In this document: one piece after another, positions 23,471-35,319 of the stretch
Position numbering within the stretch: position 1 is the stretch's first letter
Layout of the letters: each line of letters starts with the position of its first letter
Assembly: GCA_010405405.1 (NCBI GenBank)
Contig: MU004244.1
Location: forward strand, 127,895-191,894
Direction of reading: 5' to 3'
DNA: 64,000 bases
From: Microthyrium microscopicum
Taxonomy: Eukaryota
Position numbers and translations under genes: made by a program
Notes under the pieces: model-generated
Seen by the model: only the letters and a program-made list of their open reading frames with translations
Database searches by the model: none
What the model was told of the DNA's origin: nothing

Positions 23471-24598
23471 TTAAAAGATGACCACAACTTTCTTTGCGCT
23501 CACTCCCTTCTTTTGCATGTCGAAACCTTCCTGAATACCCTTTAAGCCTCTTGTAGGAACAACTAATGGCTCGGGACTTGGGATGAAAGTGCCCTGTGCA
23601 AGCGCATCCCCCAGAAAGGACTTCCAAACCGCAGGCCCGACTTCATTCTCCTCAAGATCACTCCCGAAAATAAAGTTCGTCTTCAGTCCTTTTGTTCTTG
23701 ACTTCCACCAGATCTTCGAATTGGCAGTCAGCATGCCCGTCAGCATCGAAGCCATTTCCAAAGGTCCGTTTGGTGCGCCATCCTTCTGACCCGGAAAGCT
23801 AGCCATTGCAACAAACTTGTTGGCTTTTTTCAGCGAACCTAGAATGTCGCAGCACTTTTCAGCAGAGCCGGATCCCATACTCAAGGCGCCGGCACAGTCC
23901 TTGTCTTCAAAGGCTCGGATAATGTCTGCCGCAACGGTCGCGGAGTTGTAGTCAAATGCCTGGCTTGCACCCAGCCTCTTGACAAAGTCGTAATTTCGTG
24001 GCGAGCAGGTCGTGAAAACTTCATAGCCAGATGCGCGTGCGAGCTGGATGGCATTTGCGCCAACACTCGTGCTTCCTCCCCAGATGAGGATGGTTTTTCC
24101 TGTATTCTTGATATTTATGCTCGGGAGAGCAAGGTTGAGGTACTTTTTCTGATAGAGGCCTGAAGCTGCAGTGCTAAGTCCCAGGGGAATCACACAAGCT
24201 TGTTCATAGCTCATAATTGCTGGCATTGGCGCGCACAAGTCCTCGCGTAGCAAGACATACTCTTGAAATGCTGCCTGAGTAGGATCGGATTTTCCCTGAG
24301 TGAAGCCGAGCCCAAAACCAACGACTCTATCACCAGGCTTGAATCTCTGTACGTTGCTTCCAACGGAGAGAACGCTGCCCGCCACGTCTGAGCCGACAAT
24401 GGTGGGGAATTTGATCCAAGAAAATGCCATGTTCCCCAGGTCCTGGATGATGCGGTCAATTGGATTGATGGCGACGGCATGGGATTGTATAAGTATTTGG
24501 TTGGGTCCGGGCTTGGTGTATGGAGCTGTTTTTATCTCGATCGATTTGCCTTTTGCAACCAACCAGGCAGCATCGTTCTGTTTGGATTCGGATAGCAT
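23471..24598 (-). CDS. Medium-chain dehydrogenase / enoyl-reductase-like oxidoreductase (CipB-like)
   Basis: Intronless 375-aa ORF with AVAINPID, GSDVAG, RFKPGDRV, AFQEY, LIWGGSTSVGANAIQLA and KGVSAKKVV. Confidence 0.93.
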   Translation of the reverse strand: MLSESKQNDAAWLVAKGKSIEIKTAPYTKPGPNQILIQSHAVAINPIDRIIQDLGNMAFSWIKFPTIVGSDVAGSVLSVGSNVQRFKPGDRVVGFGLGFTQGKSDPTQAAFQEYVLLREDLCAPMPAIMSYEQACVIPLGLSTAASGLYQKKYLNLALPSINIKNTGKTILIWGGSTSVGANAIQLARASGYEVFTTCSPRNYDFVKRLGASQAFDYNSATVAADIIRAFEDKDCAGALSMGSGSAEKCCDILGSLKKANKFVAMASFPGQKDGAPNGPLEMASMLTGMLTANSKIWWKSRTKGLKTNFIFGSDLEENEVGPAVWKSFLGDALAQGTFIPSPEPLVVPTRGLKGIQEGFDMQKKGVSAKKVVVIF

Positions 24599-25349
24599 TG
24601 TGAGGTTAGATCGACAGAAAAGGGGTTACTTGTGTTCAAGAGGCAATTTTCGCAGACAATAGGCGAACAATGATAAGAATCAAGAATGGACGTTTTGAAA
24701 CTCATTTCGGTCCAAGGACTTACCTTTTTGTACTCTAGCATCGGATTATTTGTTATGCCGTGTTGGTGCAACTATCAAGAGGCGAGTGTCATCTATTCAT
24801 TCTTAAACTCGTTGAGCATTACTGGCCACTGGGTTGATCAAATGTGTACGAGAAGAGGTAACTCGGGCGGGTAGCGTTCAAAATAAATGTACCTTTGTAA
24901 ACGAGAAGCGGTTAGCGTGGTTTGGTGCTCGGCGCCGAACGCACTGAATTAGGGGAAGATCTTATAACAGAAGGTATGAACACACTCTGGGCTTTGAAAA
25001 TGCTGCAAGTAGGTGGTACCTACCTCAATGTAATGGTTTATAGCCAAACTCAAAGTAACCGCCTCAGCTGTTTTTCCACGCTATCTATTCATCGCGTCCA
25101 GAATTCACCACGGCCGCGAATATGTGTCTCCTCCCACTTCCAAGCTCTACAAAAATTGCAAGACTCGAATTTTGTGATCAGAGGCATAAGGCGAATAAGG
25201 ATCTGAATAATCGCTACCCTCCAAATTCTCGTCGATTGTCACTGCCAACGACTCAGAGAACCAAGAACCAACATCAAGTATCATAATGTGGTTCTTCTCG
25301 TGCAAAAGAGCAAATTATGGCACTACATCGAAATGATCCAGGAAGCAGA

Positions 25350-26961
25350 CTACTTGATTGAGAGATACAGAACTGCACCTATAGTGGGTTCTTTTTGGCA
25401 AACAATGCTTACAGACATATCCCCAAGTTTCAGTCGTGGCGATTTTACCGCTTGACTGTAAGGCAGGTGAGGCTTGTTCCTAAAGGTATAACTATGCAGG
25501 AACTCTTCCCATTGATTCCAATACCGCTGGCCTTCATCACTCAAAAGATCGAAGTCCCAGATATTGTCCCTCGAAGTTGAGACAAATCTACACACAACCA
25601 GTGCCGTGTTATGTTCCATATAATGCATATCGTCCTCATGGATTGGGCGCAACTGTATCCTCAATATGCCAATGAACGCCCCAGTATATCCGGGTAGTAT
25701 GCGACCATGAGGAGAACTGATAAGAGTTTCATGCCGCTTAGGTTCATACGAACCTTTAGGCTCAGCCGAGAGCTGTATTCGATGGAGCTTTGCAGGGCCA
25801 TTCGTTTCTTTCAGCTTTAGTTGCAGGACATCAGACTCCAAATCGCTTTGCTGGTATATGTTCAACAGTTTCGGGATCTGTATGTTCTCCATAATCATAT
25901 CACGACGGTGCGCGGTATCGACTGAGTGAAGTCCAAAAGAAGCGTCCCGAACAAACATTTTAGCGCCTGATCTCCGCAATGTAATTTGTAGCTCTGTTTT
26001 GTAATTCCCTTCAGTGCAATGTCCGAGATGCAATATCAGAGAACCATAATCGTTATCCCAACGAGCTGGTGCTCGAAGCTGCAGGCCTCGATTGGTGATA
26101 GCCAAGTCATGCGATCGTAACCTGTCGTCCCGCAGTCGAAGCACTTTCCCACAGTCCTCAAACTGTGACGGGTGGTCTGCCAACAGTCCATGAAATTGTG
26201 GAAACTTGACAGCCTTCCAAGCCAGAATAGACAGATCATCGCTCTCTTTCAGAATCTCCTCTTGCAAACGTAGGAAGGCTTTGTTCCCTTCTCCATAAAG
26301 CATAGACATATTAATACCGAAGATTCCCATGAGACAATATGCCATGTCTTCGACTCTTGTCGTGGTTCTCTTAGCTGCCCAGGACATTTTGACAGCTACA
26401 GGTATGTGTGCCAACACTTTGTCTCGGCGTAATATTTCAAATGAGATCCCCGTAATCTGGTTCAGTCTTCCTGCAAGGCTGTGCTTGGTACCATGTGGGT
26501 GCCAACAGCTATCAAAACAAATCATGGATTTGGTAAACGGAGCAATCAGCTCCTGAAGCGTCCATCCATCCCCTAGTGAACCATCTGATATTGTCGGACA
26601 TCGTCTCGTCTTCGCCATTCCAGTCATCCAAAAATGCGATACACAATTTAGAGTGTTTATACCACTTGAACATTGAGTTTATAGACTCGCTTAACTCGGC
26701 ACTTGAGGATTTGTCGATGCAGCACGTATCCACCCACAGTAGAGGTATATTGTGGTCACGCCAGGCTATCAAAGCCGAGTGAAGGATTTTTCTATATCCA
26801 GGTTTCTGGACTGGAGGTGAAGCATGGAAGCCTGGTGAAGTCCATTCTGCAAAGGAGACCTCTTCATCGTCGGAGCCCCAGGTATGCGATAGGATGGCGT
26901 ACTCGCTTGGTCTGTTGCTGAATAATTTCATTTCCAGTGTTTCGGTGTCGATAAGCCTCAT
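25350..26961 (-). pseudogene. HET-domain (heterokaryon incompatibility) gene with frameshift
   Basis: MRLIDT...YAILSHTWG...WVDTCCIDKSSSAELSESINSMFKWY...RWFTRGW is in one frame; TLQELIAP...MSWAAKRTTTRVEDMAYCLMGIFGINM..LYGEG.KAFLRLQEEI is in another. An extra ATGG (plus strand TCCATCCAT, 26561-26569) breaks the RGWTLQE motif; removing it restores a 535-aa ORF. Confidence 0.85.
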
Positions 26962-27186
26962 GTTTTCGGGATGCAGGGTTTCCGCCTAGTCATGGCCGAC
27001 AGTAATCAGATTCCGGTTGTGATGCGAGAAATATTCACATCTTGAGATTTCCTCTGCATTCGAGCGTTGTTATTTGCTTGAGAAGTCCTTGGAGTCCTTG
27101 AAGTCCTTGAAAATTGCCTGGGTCGTTTAGCATTTACGTCTCTAAGAGTCTAAACCAGAGGTAGGCTGAGTCAACATCTTTTAGGC

Positions 27187-27420
27187 TTAGTGTACAATTC
27201 CTCGCAGCTTGCTTGCTACTGCACCTAAAACTGTGGTCCGCTTCTTCCCTCTTCTTCTTAGTAGCTTCTTCATATTTACTCTTCCAAGTGCAGGTGACTT
27301 CGCTTCTTTGTACCCTCGCTGTATAACCAGCTCTACGACGTCCAGGCCACCGGACTGAGCAGCAAGGTGCAGCGCAGTGCTCCCTTCCACATTGGCGATC
27401 GCATGATCTGACCTTTACAG
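27187..27420 (-). pseudogene. Isolated ankyrin-repeat fragment
   Basis: NVEGSTALHLAAQSGGLDVVELVIQRG matches the ankyrin consensus (G.TALH.AA..G..DVV.LL...G). No intact surrounding ORF or ATG. Confidence 0.6.
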
Positions 27421-27773
27421 TATCAGGAGCGCCACGAATTCCAAGCAACTACAGGATGCTGCATCATGTTATTTTATAGAGTTTTGGGGGAGAAATTTGA
27501 TAGGAACCCGTACGTACGCAGCCGCATGGACACTTTATTTCCGACAAGTGCTCCTTTAGAGCCCGTGCAATGAATATTGGAAGACATCATTCCACCGCCA
27601 TACACGTTCAACATTACGCGCAACCGCCATCAGATACCGTAAGTAGATATATCAGATCCAATTCGGCGAATCAGAATGAAGATATCTCCTACAGTAAAGT
27701 AAGCTCAGCACGCGTCATGGATGATGTCTAATAGACTTTTTAATGGGCGATCTGGTGCATCAATACGTTCTGC

Positions 27774-28411
27774 ATGCGAGATAATATTTTCTTATACGAG
27801 ATACGATCAAACCGAGTTCGTGATAAAGGCAGCATGACTTCCACTTCTGACATTTTACTGCGTCTCATTTTCGAAATTCGACCTTCAGATAATTCTGATT
27901 TCTGCGTATCGCACATAAAGACAAACATAGGCAACTCCGTTGGGAAAATGTGTCGCAAAAACGAAGATTCTTCTAAACACGCGTGTTTGACACGCTTCTG
28001 GGAAAGTAGTCAGATCAGTGGTAATAGCTCAATACCTTAATCATGAAAATCTTCAGAAGGCTGACATTTTGTTATTCAGGAATGTTTCGTAAAAGTCAAG
28101 GCTCTCTTCAAAACATTCGTCTTGCGCACTTCAGGGAGGAAAGGCCAGGAAATGACACCAACCCAAGAACAGACCAACCAGACGCTCAAACTGACGCTTC
28201 TTCGGCTATGTCCAGTGCGTCAACTCTCTTTGGTCCTCCAGGTGACACCACCACAATTAGGAGCCAGGCAGATCTGTCCAATGTCAACAATGCGTCAAGT
28301 GCGTCTTCGCTGACTGCCTGTGCGTTGACTTCGTCAAGTGCAGATAGTATTGAAGATGAAGAATCTCGAGCTGTACAGATGATTGTAGAACAATGGTTAA
28401 CCTCGAGGTAG
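27774..28411 (+). CDS. Possible spliced hypothetical gene or decayed gene
   Basis: ORF 27774-28040 joins ORF 28043-28411 in frame via intron 28021-28079 (GTAATA...GCTGAC...CAG). No recognisable domain; in-frame stop just upstream at 27741. Confidence 0.3.
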
Positions 28412-30604
28412 TGATAAGTTGATATAAGATTGAATGAAATTGTTGATTGCTTGCAAGATTTGATACAAGCAAACAATACGCATACTCTTATCCTCTCCTC
28501 TACCCATACAGCTTGGTAGTTGGTGGTGTGTAGTTTAAGAAGAAATGGAACTAGGGCAGAACCATATCATCACCACGTCACTGAGATGGCTCTATTATAG
28601 AAATGACAGATAGGAAACCTCTAATTGGCTATGATCTCCGTTAGACTTCTGAGGGGTATTCGCCGCAGGCATCGTCAATGCGCCGGTATGATCGAAGTTA
28701 TTTATTTTTTCCGGCACTACTCTAGAAAATAGATCGGCTTGGTTGAATTGATCATCGGTGTAATCAGGCTTCGGTTTGTGGTGTGGTGAGCCTGTGTCCT
28801 TCACATTTCGAGGCACGCTCCAACTTTTCTCGACAATTTTTGGGGATTTTCCATTTGGTCGGCTCCGAACGCATAATCCATTAGTCCCCTATTGTAACAT
28901 TGATCTGAATCGCACAATCGGCCCATTTACGAACGGTCTCATCGATTTGACAGTCAGAACGGTGGCCCGATTCCATACATGCCCAATTGGGAAACTACCG
29001 CACCGGGTAGCGGCTCGGCCCGCGCCGCCCCACGAGGCTGCCTCAACGACATTCCACTGGGTCTATGGTAAGTGCACCAAAACGAATTCATATCATCGTA
29101 ATCTGAAATTGCACACTTATTTGGAAGATGGGGTCTGATTCCTTCTAACGAAATAGTGTTAGCTAACTTGCATCAAACACGATTTGAGGTGGAGAAGTAA
29201 TACTGGGTCTGTGACCTCTTCTAAAACTGAAGAGTCTACTGCTCTCGGTGAATGTTGAACAAGGTTAATTAGAAGAGAACGGTTATTACCAGAAGAAAAG
29301 TAAACAAGGAATGCGATCAACCAACTGAGCATGAGAACAGATAAGGTTCTTAAAGCCATAAGTGGCACAGAAGCCAGTTGATATCATTGTTCCTTTTTCT
29401 TATACCTTTCCACGAGCAGGGCAAGTCTACGCTAATCTGTACATCGCTTATTGGTACTTGAACCTAAGTGTATAGGTTTGAAGGCTTCTCTAAGCTCAGT
29501 ACCCATGATGTCCGTTGCATAATCTGTGTATCCTACCCTCCGTCACAAGCTGGTGCTGTTGATTCATTGAACCTTCAATATCGCCGCAAGCCCTTAACAA
29601 TGAAAAGGACCCAAAAAAGAATGAAGGGACTCTCGAGAATCTTATGGATTCTATTAATCCTGCGTGGGGCATCGTATCCTGTCGCAGTCAAAGCTTAGCT
29701 TTCTGAAAAAAATTCTGTAGAGATCATCATAATCGAACCAGTGATAACGCGGGGCGATACTTCCCGAACTGGCTCAGGCGGCGTTCAAGTACACCTCTTT
29801 TCTGATTTGCAAATGAGCTTTTCGCGTTGGGTTTTGGTAGTACTTGCCCTGTTTTCAGCCTTGCGCTCAGCCTAATGGTGCAATGGCAAGTAATGAGATG
29901 ATCTTCACTGTTTTCAAACTTATCGGTGCTCATACTATTACTAAGTTACCATAAAGACCTAGAACTGCAGCCAAAATTAAATGGTAGTTCAACAGATCCA
30001 TCAACAAGCTGTAAATCCTCCAGGCGCGCACTATAGATTTTTAGAATCTAGGAAATGTATCGCTTAGCAATCAGGGCCGAGTGGGGTAGTGAGCAGCACT
30101 TTGACCCCAGAGCGATAGAGAACTGTTGTATCAGGTTCATATAGTCGGTTGAAATCAGATGTCACCAAAATTGTGAGTAGCCATACCTCGAATTTTTAAG
30201 GTAGAAATGACCCAAAACTTTATGACATAGGAGGTGAAAGGCCTTGTTCTGTCAAGCTTCATCACAACTGCCTAGGCTTGATTTCAGTATACAAGAGTGA
30301 CATTTATGTTCGCTACCTAGTAGGGAAGGTCTATCGCCGAAGTCCTAACAATCGACGCTAGCAACCTATATACGTCTACTGTCACTGCGGCTATTGTTGT
30401 CACTATGAGTAAACGCCGACATCAAAACATCTCCCTCCTCGAGAAACTTTTTACCTTCTTTCCAACATTCCATCTTCCTCTCAACCTACTGCTCTGCCCT
30501 CTCTACAACTTTTTTCAGCTCATCACAACTTCATCAAAGCCCATCGACAAGTCGAAACTTCCTATCAAAGCCGCAAAGAACAAGTCCGATCTTGTACCAA
30601 CAGC

Positions 30605-31678
30605 ATGACTTCAACAAACCAGTTGTCTGAGCAGGATGTCCCCTGTAATCGCGATAGCGTACAGGACACGACTCGTGAAGAAGTCCTTGGATATCCTACA
30701 GCATTAGTCAGACAACAACCTGAATTATGGACTCGACTTCCGACAGAACTCAAACTCATGATTTTGGAACGTGCCATCAACGATTGCAGCATCCGCCCTA
30801 GCGTGGGCTTGACACCAACCTACAATAGTAGAGAACCGATTCTTGTTCCAGCTATGTTCAAGCAGCCGAAATTTACAGTTGATTCTGTGTCGCCCCGGTG
30901 GATATCAAATACTCCGCCTTCAAACGAGCGCGTCCTCAGACAGACATCTAAGGAGATTGTGTATCTTCTGGAAAGCTTCAATGTTCCACTCCATTTCCGA
31001 GCCAAGTTCACAGACGGCACTGCAAAGGGAGGCATTTACGCAACCTTGAACTTGACGTGGATCACCTTGCCTCGCGCATTGCCCTTACCAAAGTCCATCT
31101 ATGAGTCGTTGACCATCGACGTTGGGCTGGAATCCGAACTTCTTCACAAATTGCGGTCAGGCAAGCTGAGGGAACTCGACGACGAAGATTTTTTTGTATG
31201 CAGCGGGTACTTCAAATCAAAATGGCAACTTTTCGAATTCTGGAATGGAGATGAGCTACTGGACGAAAATGACATCTTGATCTTCTTACTGCAGAAATTC
31301 CGCCTTCACATGTGGAAGCAGATCGCCCACGAGACATTCGGAATTACTGAAGGGAAGGTTAAACACTTGATCATCAATGTACAGAACTTTCAATATCCGA
31401 ACATTGATGGCTACGGAATTGCGTGGAATTTGGAACCGATTTTCCCGGCCTGGCTACAACCTATGACCGCTCCAGTACGACACTTCTTTCACAATCCAGA
31501 CAACCTTTTCTGGAAGCCTTACATTCAAGATGCTATAACTCTCCGATTCGAGGATATCGAATTCTCGGTCAAAGTTGACTATCTCTCCTCTCAAGACTTC
31601 GAAATTGTGGTCAAGAAAGATGGGAAACAAGTCGATACGACTTCACCCCCTGGAGACAATGGTTTGGACACGAACTGA
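30605..31678 (+). CDS. Hypothetical protein (357 aa) with F-box-like N-terminal motif
   Basis: Long intronless ORF with CT-rich leader and TATA-like TATATA at ~30367. WTRLPTELKLMILERAI resembles the F-box/2EXR-type LP.EL...I start. Confidence 0.65.
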   Translation: MTSTNQLSEQDVPCNRDSVQDTTREEVLGYPTALVRQQPELWTRLPTELKLMILERAINDCSIRPSVGLTPTYNSREPILVPAMFKQPKFTVDSVSPRWISNTPPSNERVLRQTSKEIVYLLESFNVPLHFRAKFTDGTAKGGIYATLNLTWITLPRALPLPKSIYESLTIDVGLESELLHKLRSGKLRELDDEDFFVCSGYFKSKWQLFEFWNGDELLDENDILIFLLQKFRLHMWKQIAHETFGITEGKVKHLIINVQNFQYPNIDGYGIAWNLEPIFPAWLQPMTAPVRHFFHNPDNLFWKPYIQDAITLRFEDIEFSVKVDYLSSQDFEIVVKKDGKQVDTTSPPGDNGLDTN

Positions 31679-32764
31679 AGTACACAGAGCGGAAATCGGT
31701 ACTCTGCTGTGTATGATTGATGAGACTAGGTTCTGAATTCTTGCTTGGTCAAGCTATTATACCACAAAGGTATGGAGTCATGTCATGTTCAGGGGTTACA
31801 AGATTTCTTTCCTGTTATTGCTATTTTGGTTGCTGAGGGTGCCCCTAAAGTCAAATCAGTGCGATTCTGGTTGTTTTAGGAGGCTCAAGATCATAATGTA
31901 ATGCCTTCTATGTTCCCTTCAGAATACCCAATGATTTACATATAGAAGATAATATAACGGATACAAGTCCTTCAAATTTCGTTGACATGCCTGACGTCTT
32001 TCTCGTATACGTACAATGAGTTCTAGGTACTATCTTTCCCTCCATAACAACAGTCTTTCCTCCCACTGTTCTCAAAGACACAGCCTCCTTTCCCCTCTAC
32101 CCCGTAGGATCGGGATTCCATGAATATGAAACGTCCAGTTAACCATCCCAGCTGATCGCTCCTGCACCGCAATTACCACTCGTATCTCACAGGAAACCCA
32201 TTCCCATGACACTCACATCCACTCCATTTCCTGCATCACAGACATCTTCCTCCGCAACATCATATCCCCTGCTCCATATCGCATGGATTAGGAGTTGTGG
32301 TGACTAGCACCAGCGATATTCAGGACCACAGCTCAGCGTGTCTTGAGATGCCTCGCAACTCCAACGATTTGATTCCCTTCATCTGAGTCCTGGATCCAAA
32401 CCTTCCCAATTAGGAAGTTACCAGGGTCTACGGGCCGGCCCGCGCCATACCCACGAGGCTTGCTCCACCACATTTCAAAGTTTCGAATGTTCCTGTAAGG
32501 ATGGTTATATTTTCATGATTTTACCTGGAATGAATTGCGTTGGTACTGACGAATTATATCGAAAAGCCATATAGCTTAGCTGAACAACATGGACCTGTAA
32601 AGGTGTCAGGGAATCTACAAGGCTATATAAATCAAGTCTTCACAATGTACAACACACCGCATAGCATCAATCAAGACATAGAAGATGCTCTTATATTATC
32701 GTAAACCTACTTCAGATTCATCACCGCCTTTCCACTATTTCCATCACCGGCTCTTGTCACCATC

Positions 32765-35319
32765 CTATGCCTTCCCCAGCAGCACACGAATCTCCTTCAC
32801 CAAACTCGTAATCCTACCCTCCTTCGCAACCCCCTCCGCCCGTTCAACAGCCTTCTCAATCTCCAACCCCTCCTTACTGACCGCCACAAAATCACTGCCC
32901 AAATAAAGCACCGTACCCGCCGCCACCAGCGCACGATACAATGCCTCCGGATCCGTTGAGTGGTTCAACAGACTCGTCAATGCAGACAAAAGTGTCAGGG
33001 CACGGTCCGCGTCGCCATTCAAGTCTCGGGAACTTGTATCAGTGGACTCGGTGTCGGTAGCTGTGGTGGTAGTAGCTTTGGTGGTGATGGGCGCGGTAAG
33101 GAGGACAGCAAAGTTGATGTACAGGGTGGTAAGCGCGATACATAAGTTCTTGTTGGATGATGTGCTAAATGGCTCAACGAGGGTTAGAATCGTATCGAAG
33201 GATGAATCGGCTAGTGCGCGGCCAGGGGCGGAACAGAAGAGGTTGGCGAGGGTGCGGATTGCGAGCATGATGTGGTTATCTGGGGAGACGGATGTGTCGA
33301 GGGCGCCGGCGGATGCGAGGCGGTCGACGAGGGAATCTCCTGTCGAAGCGATCTGCGTAATCGTGTCGGCGGATGCGGCGGTGAGTAAACGCAGGACGTC
33401 AAGCCAGGGGAGACGTTTGTCGATAGGCCAGACGGAGATAGCGTGAATAGCAGCATTGATGGCACCGGGTGGGATGGAGAGAGTCGCTTCTTGTTTGCCG
33501 GCGAGGGGCTCGAGTTGGGCCATGGCGTCGGAAAGAATCTGGAAGTCGGCTGGTTGGAGAATGAGATCTTTTTGGCGTTGTTCTGTGAGCTCGTCGTTGA
33601 ATTCTTTGATTTTTTTGACAATCATTTTGTGGCTTCCCGTGGTGATTGCGAGGTATGTCTTCTGAGGCAGGATTTTTGTTGCTTCTGGAGGAGCTGATCC
33701 TGAGGAAGTAGTTCCAGGGCGGTATCTTGATTCTGTTCCGTATGGATCTGAGCCAGGTGCCGTATTGCTTGCTGATTGTGTACCTATTGTCGCGCCTTGT
33801 GTATTTTGATTGATAAAATCAACCACGGAGTCGATATATGTCATGGGTAGTTTGTTGTCGGTGATGAATTTTCGCGCTACCTCCCACGGACTTTGTGTCC
33901 GATTGTATGGTAGTTTGAGGGCTGGTTTTCCTTCTTCAATGTCAACATCAAAGACGTAGTCGTAGTCTTGCCCGTTATATGTGACCTTTGTAGCAGAGCC
34001 AGCAGAATCGACTACAGTACCAATGGCTATCCATTCATTGCCTTGAGTGGACCATTGATACGCCATGACGTTCCCGTCATCTCCTTTGACCATTTGAACC
34101 TGGCCATCTTTCGTTCCCGACTTGGTTGTCAGGAATTCCGGGCCTGGAAGATCGGTTTTGTTGATTTCCCCAAGAGCTTGTTGCGGTATCGACGACGCTT
34201 TGACCGACTCGTCAAATGCTTTGATATCGGCCTCATCCGCTTTTCGATCAGCTGAACGTGTAAAAATCCGGACAATACTATCACTAGCCCCAGTCACAAT
34301 GTCCCCATTCTCTGTACATACGGCGGCAGACCATACAGAGATAGCCGGATGGGTAATGGTTTGGATGCATTTGTCATTTTGCCATATGCGTACAGTGCGA
34401 TCTTCCGATGAACTGACCAATTCGCCCGTAGGGAGTATGTCCAAGCTGTAGATGTAGTTTTCATGGCCTACAAGACCTCCCATTTGAACTCCTTCTAATG
34501 TCCAGAAGTGTATACGATTATCATTACCTGCAGATGCAAATTGTGCTCCTGACGAATGGCCAGGAGGTAATTTAACCAGCGCTCGAACGACATCTTCGGA
34601 TGCTTGAAAGCGTCGAAGAAGCTTTCCAGTGGAATTGAAGACCCGAAGATACTTGTCGGCCGATGCTATTCAGAGTTAGTCAAATGTTCTTCCAGAACTA
34701 TAGCAATATCCAGCGCTTTTTCGCTTACCCGTTACTATGGTGTTATCATCATACGCCAAAACATCCCACACTGCCGATTCGTGGCCTACTAGTCTTACTG
34801 GCTCATCCCATTTACCAACGCGCCATATAGCAGCAGTAGTATCCCAACTTGCGCTCACAAAGAATGAGCCGTCTTCGCTAACACTCAATGCGCAGATTGT
34901 TCCATTGTGAGTAGGCAAATAGGCATCTGGATCCGAGTCTGGGGTAACCTTCGGCGATCGGACATCTAGAACGCCGTCCCCGCCGCCTGACACGAGCAAG
35001 CCGTCTGGAAAGTCGGAAGACGGAGGTACGAAAGCGACCGTGTTCACAAACGTGGTGCCGTGCGAGGAAGATATGTTTGCATCGAAACGCGGGGGATTGG
35101 CGCTTTCTTGTTTCCATAAACGTACGGTGGCATCGCGGGAGCAGGATATGACAAGGGTTGGGTCGGGGAAACTAACGCCACGGACCTGTAGGGCAGATGT
35201 TAGCTTACACCGAGAAGACTGATGGTCCAACACAAAGCAGATTGGTGCTACAGGTCAATAGAACGTACGTCTTTATCGTGGCCGGACAAACAAGCCGATA
35301 GTTTGAATGGCTGTGCCAT
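32765..35319 (-). CDS. DOA1: Ubiquitin homeostasis protein Doa1/Ufd3/Lub1 (PLAA): WD40 + PFU + PUL
   Basis: MAQPFKLSACLSGHDKD/VRGV, WD repeats (SCSRDATVRLW, GHESAVWDV, GHENYIYSL, SSSEDRTVRIW), PFU motif DYDYVFDVDIEEGKPALKLPYN, PUL helices (RLPWLDVLRL, ALTTLYINFA, EALYRALVAAGT). Two introns. Confidence 0.96.
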
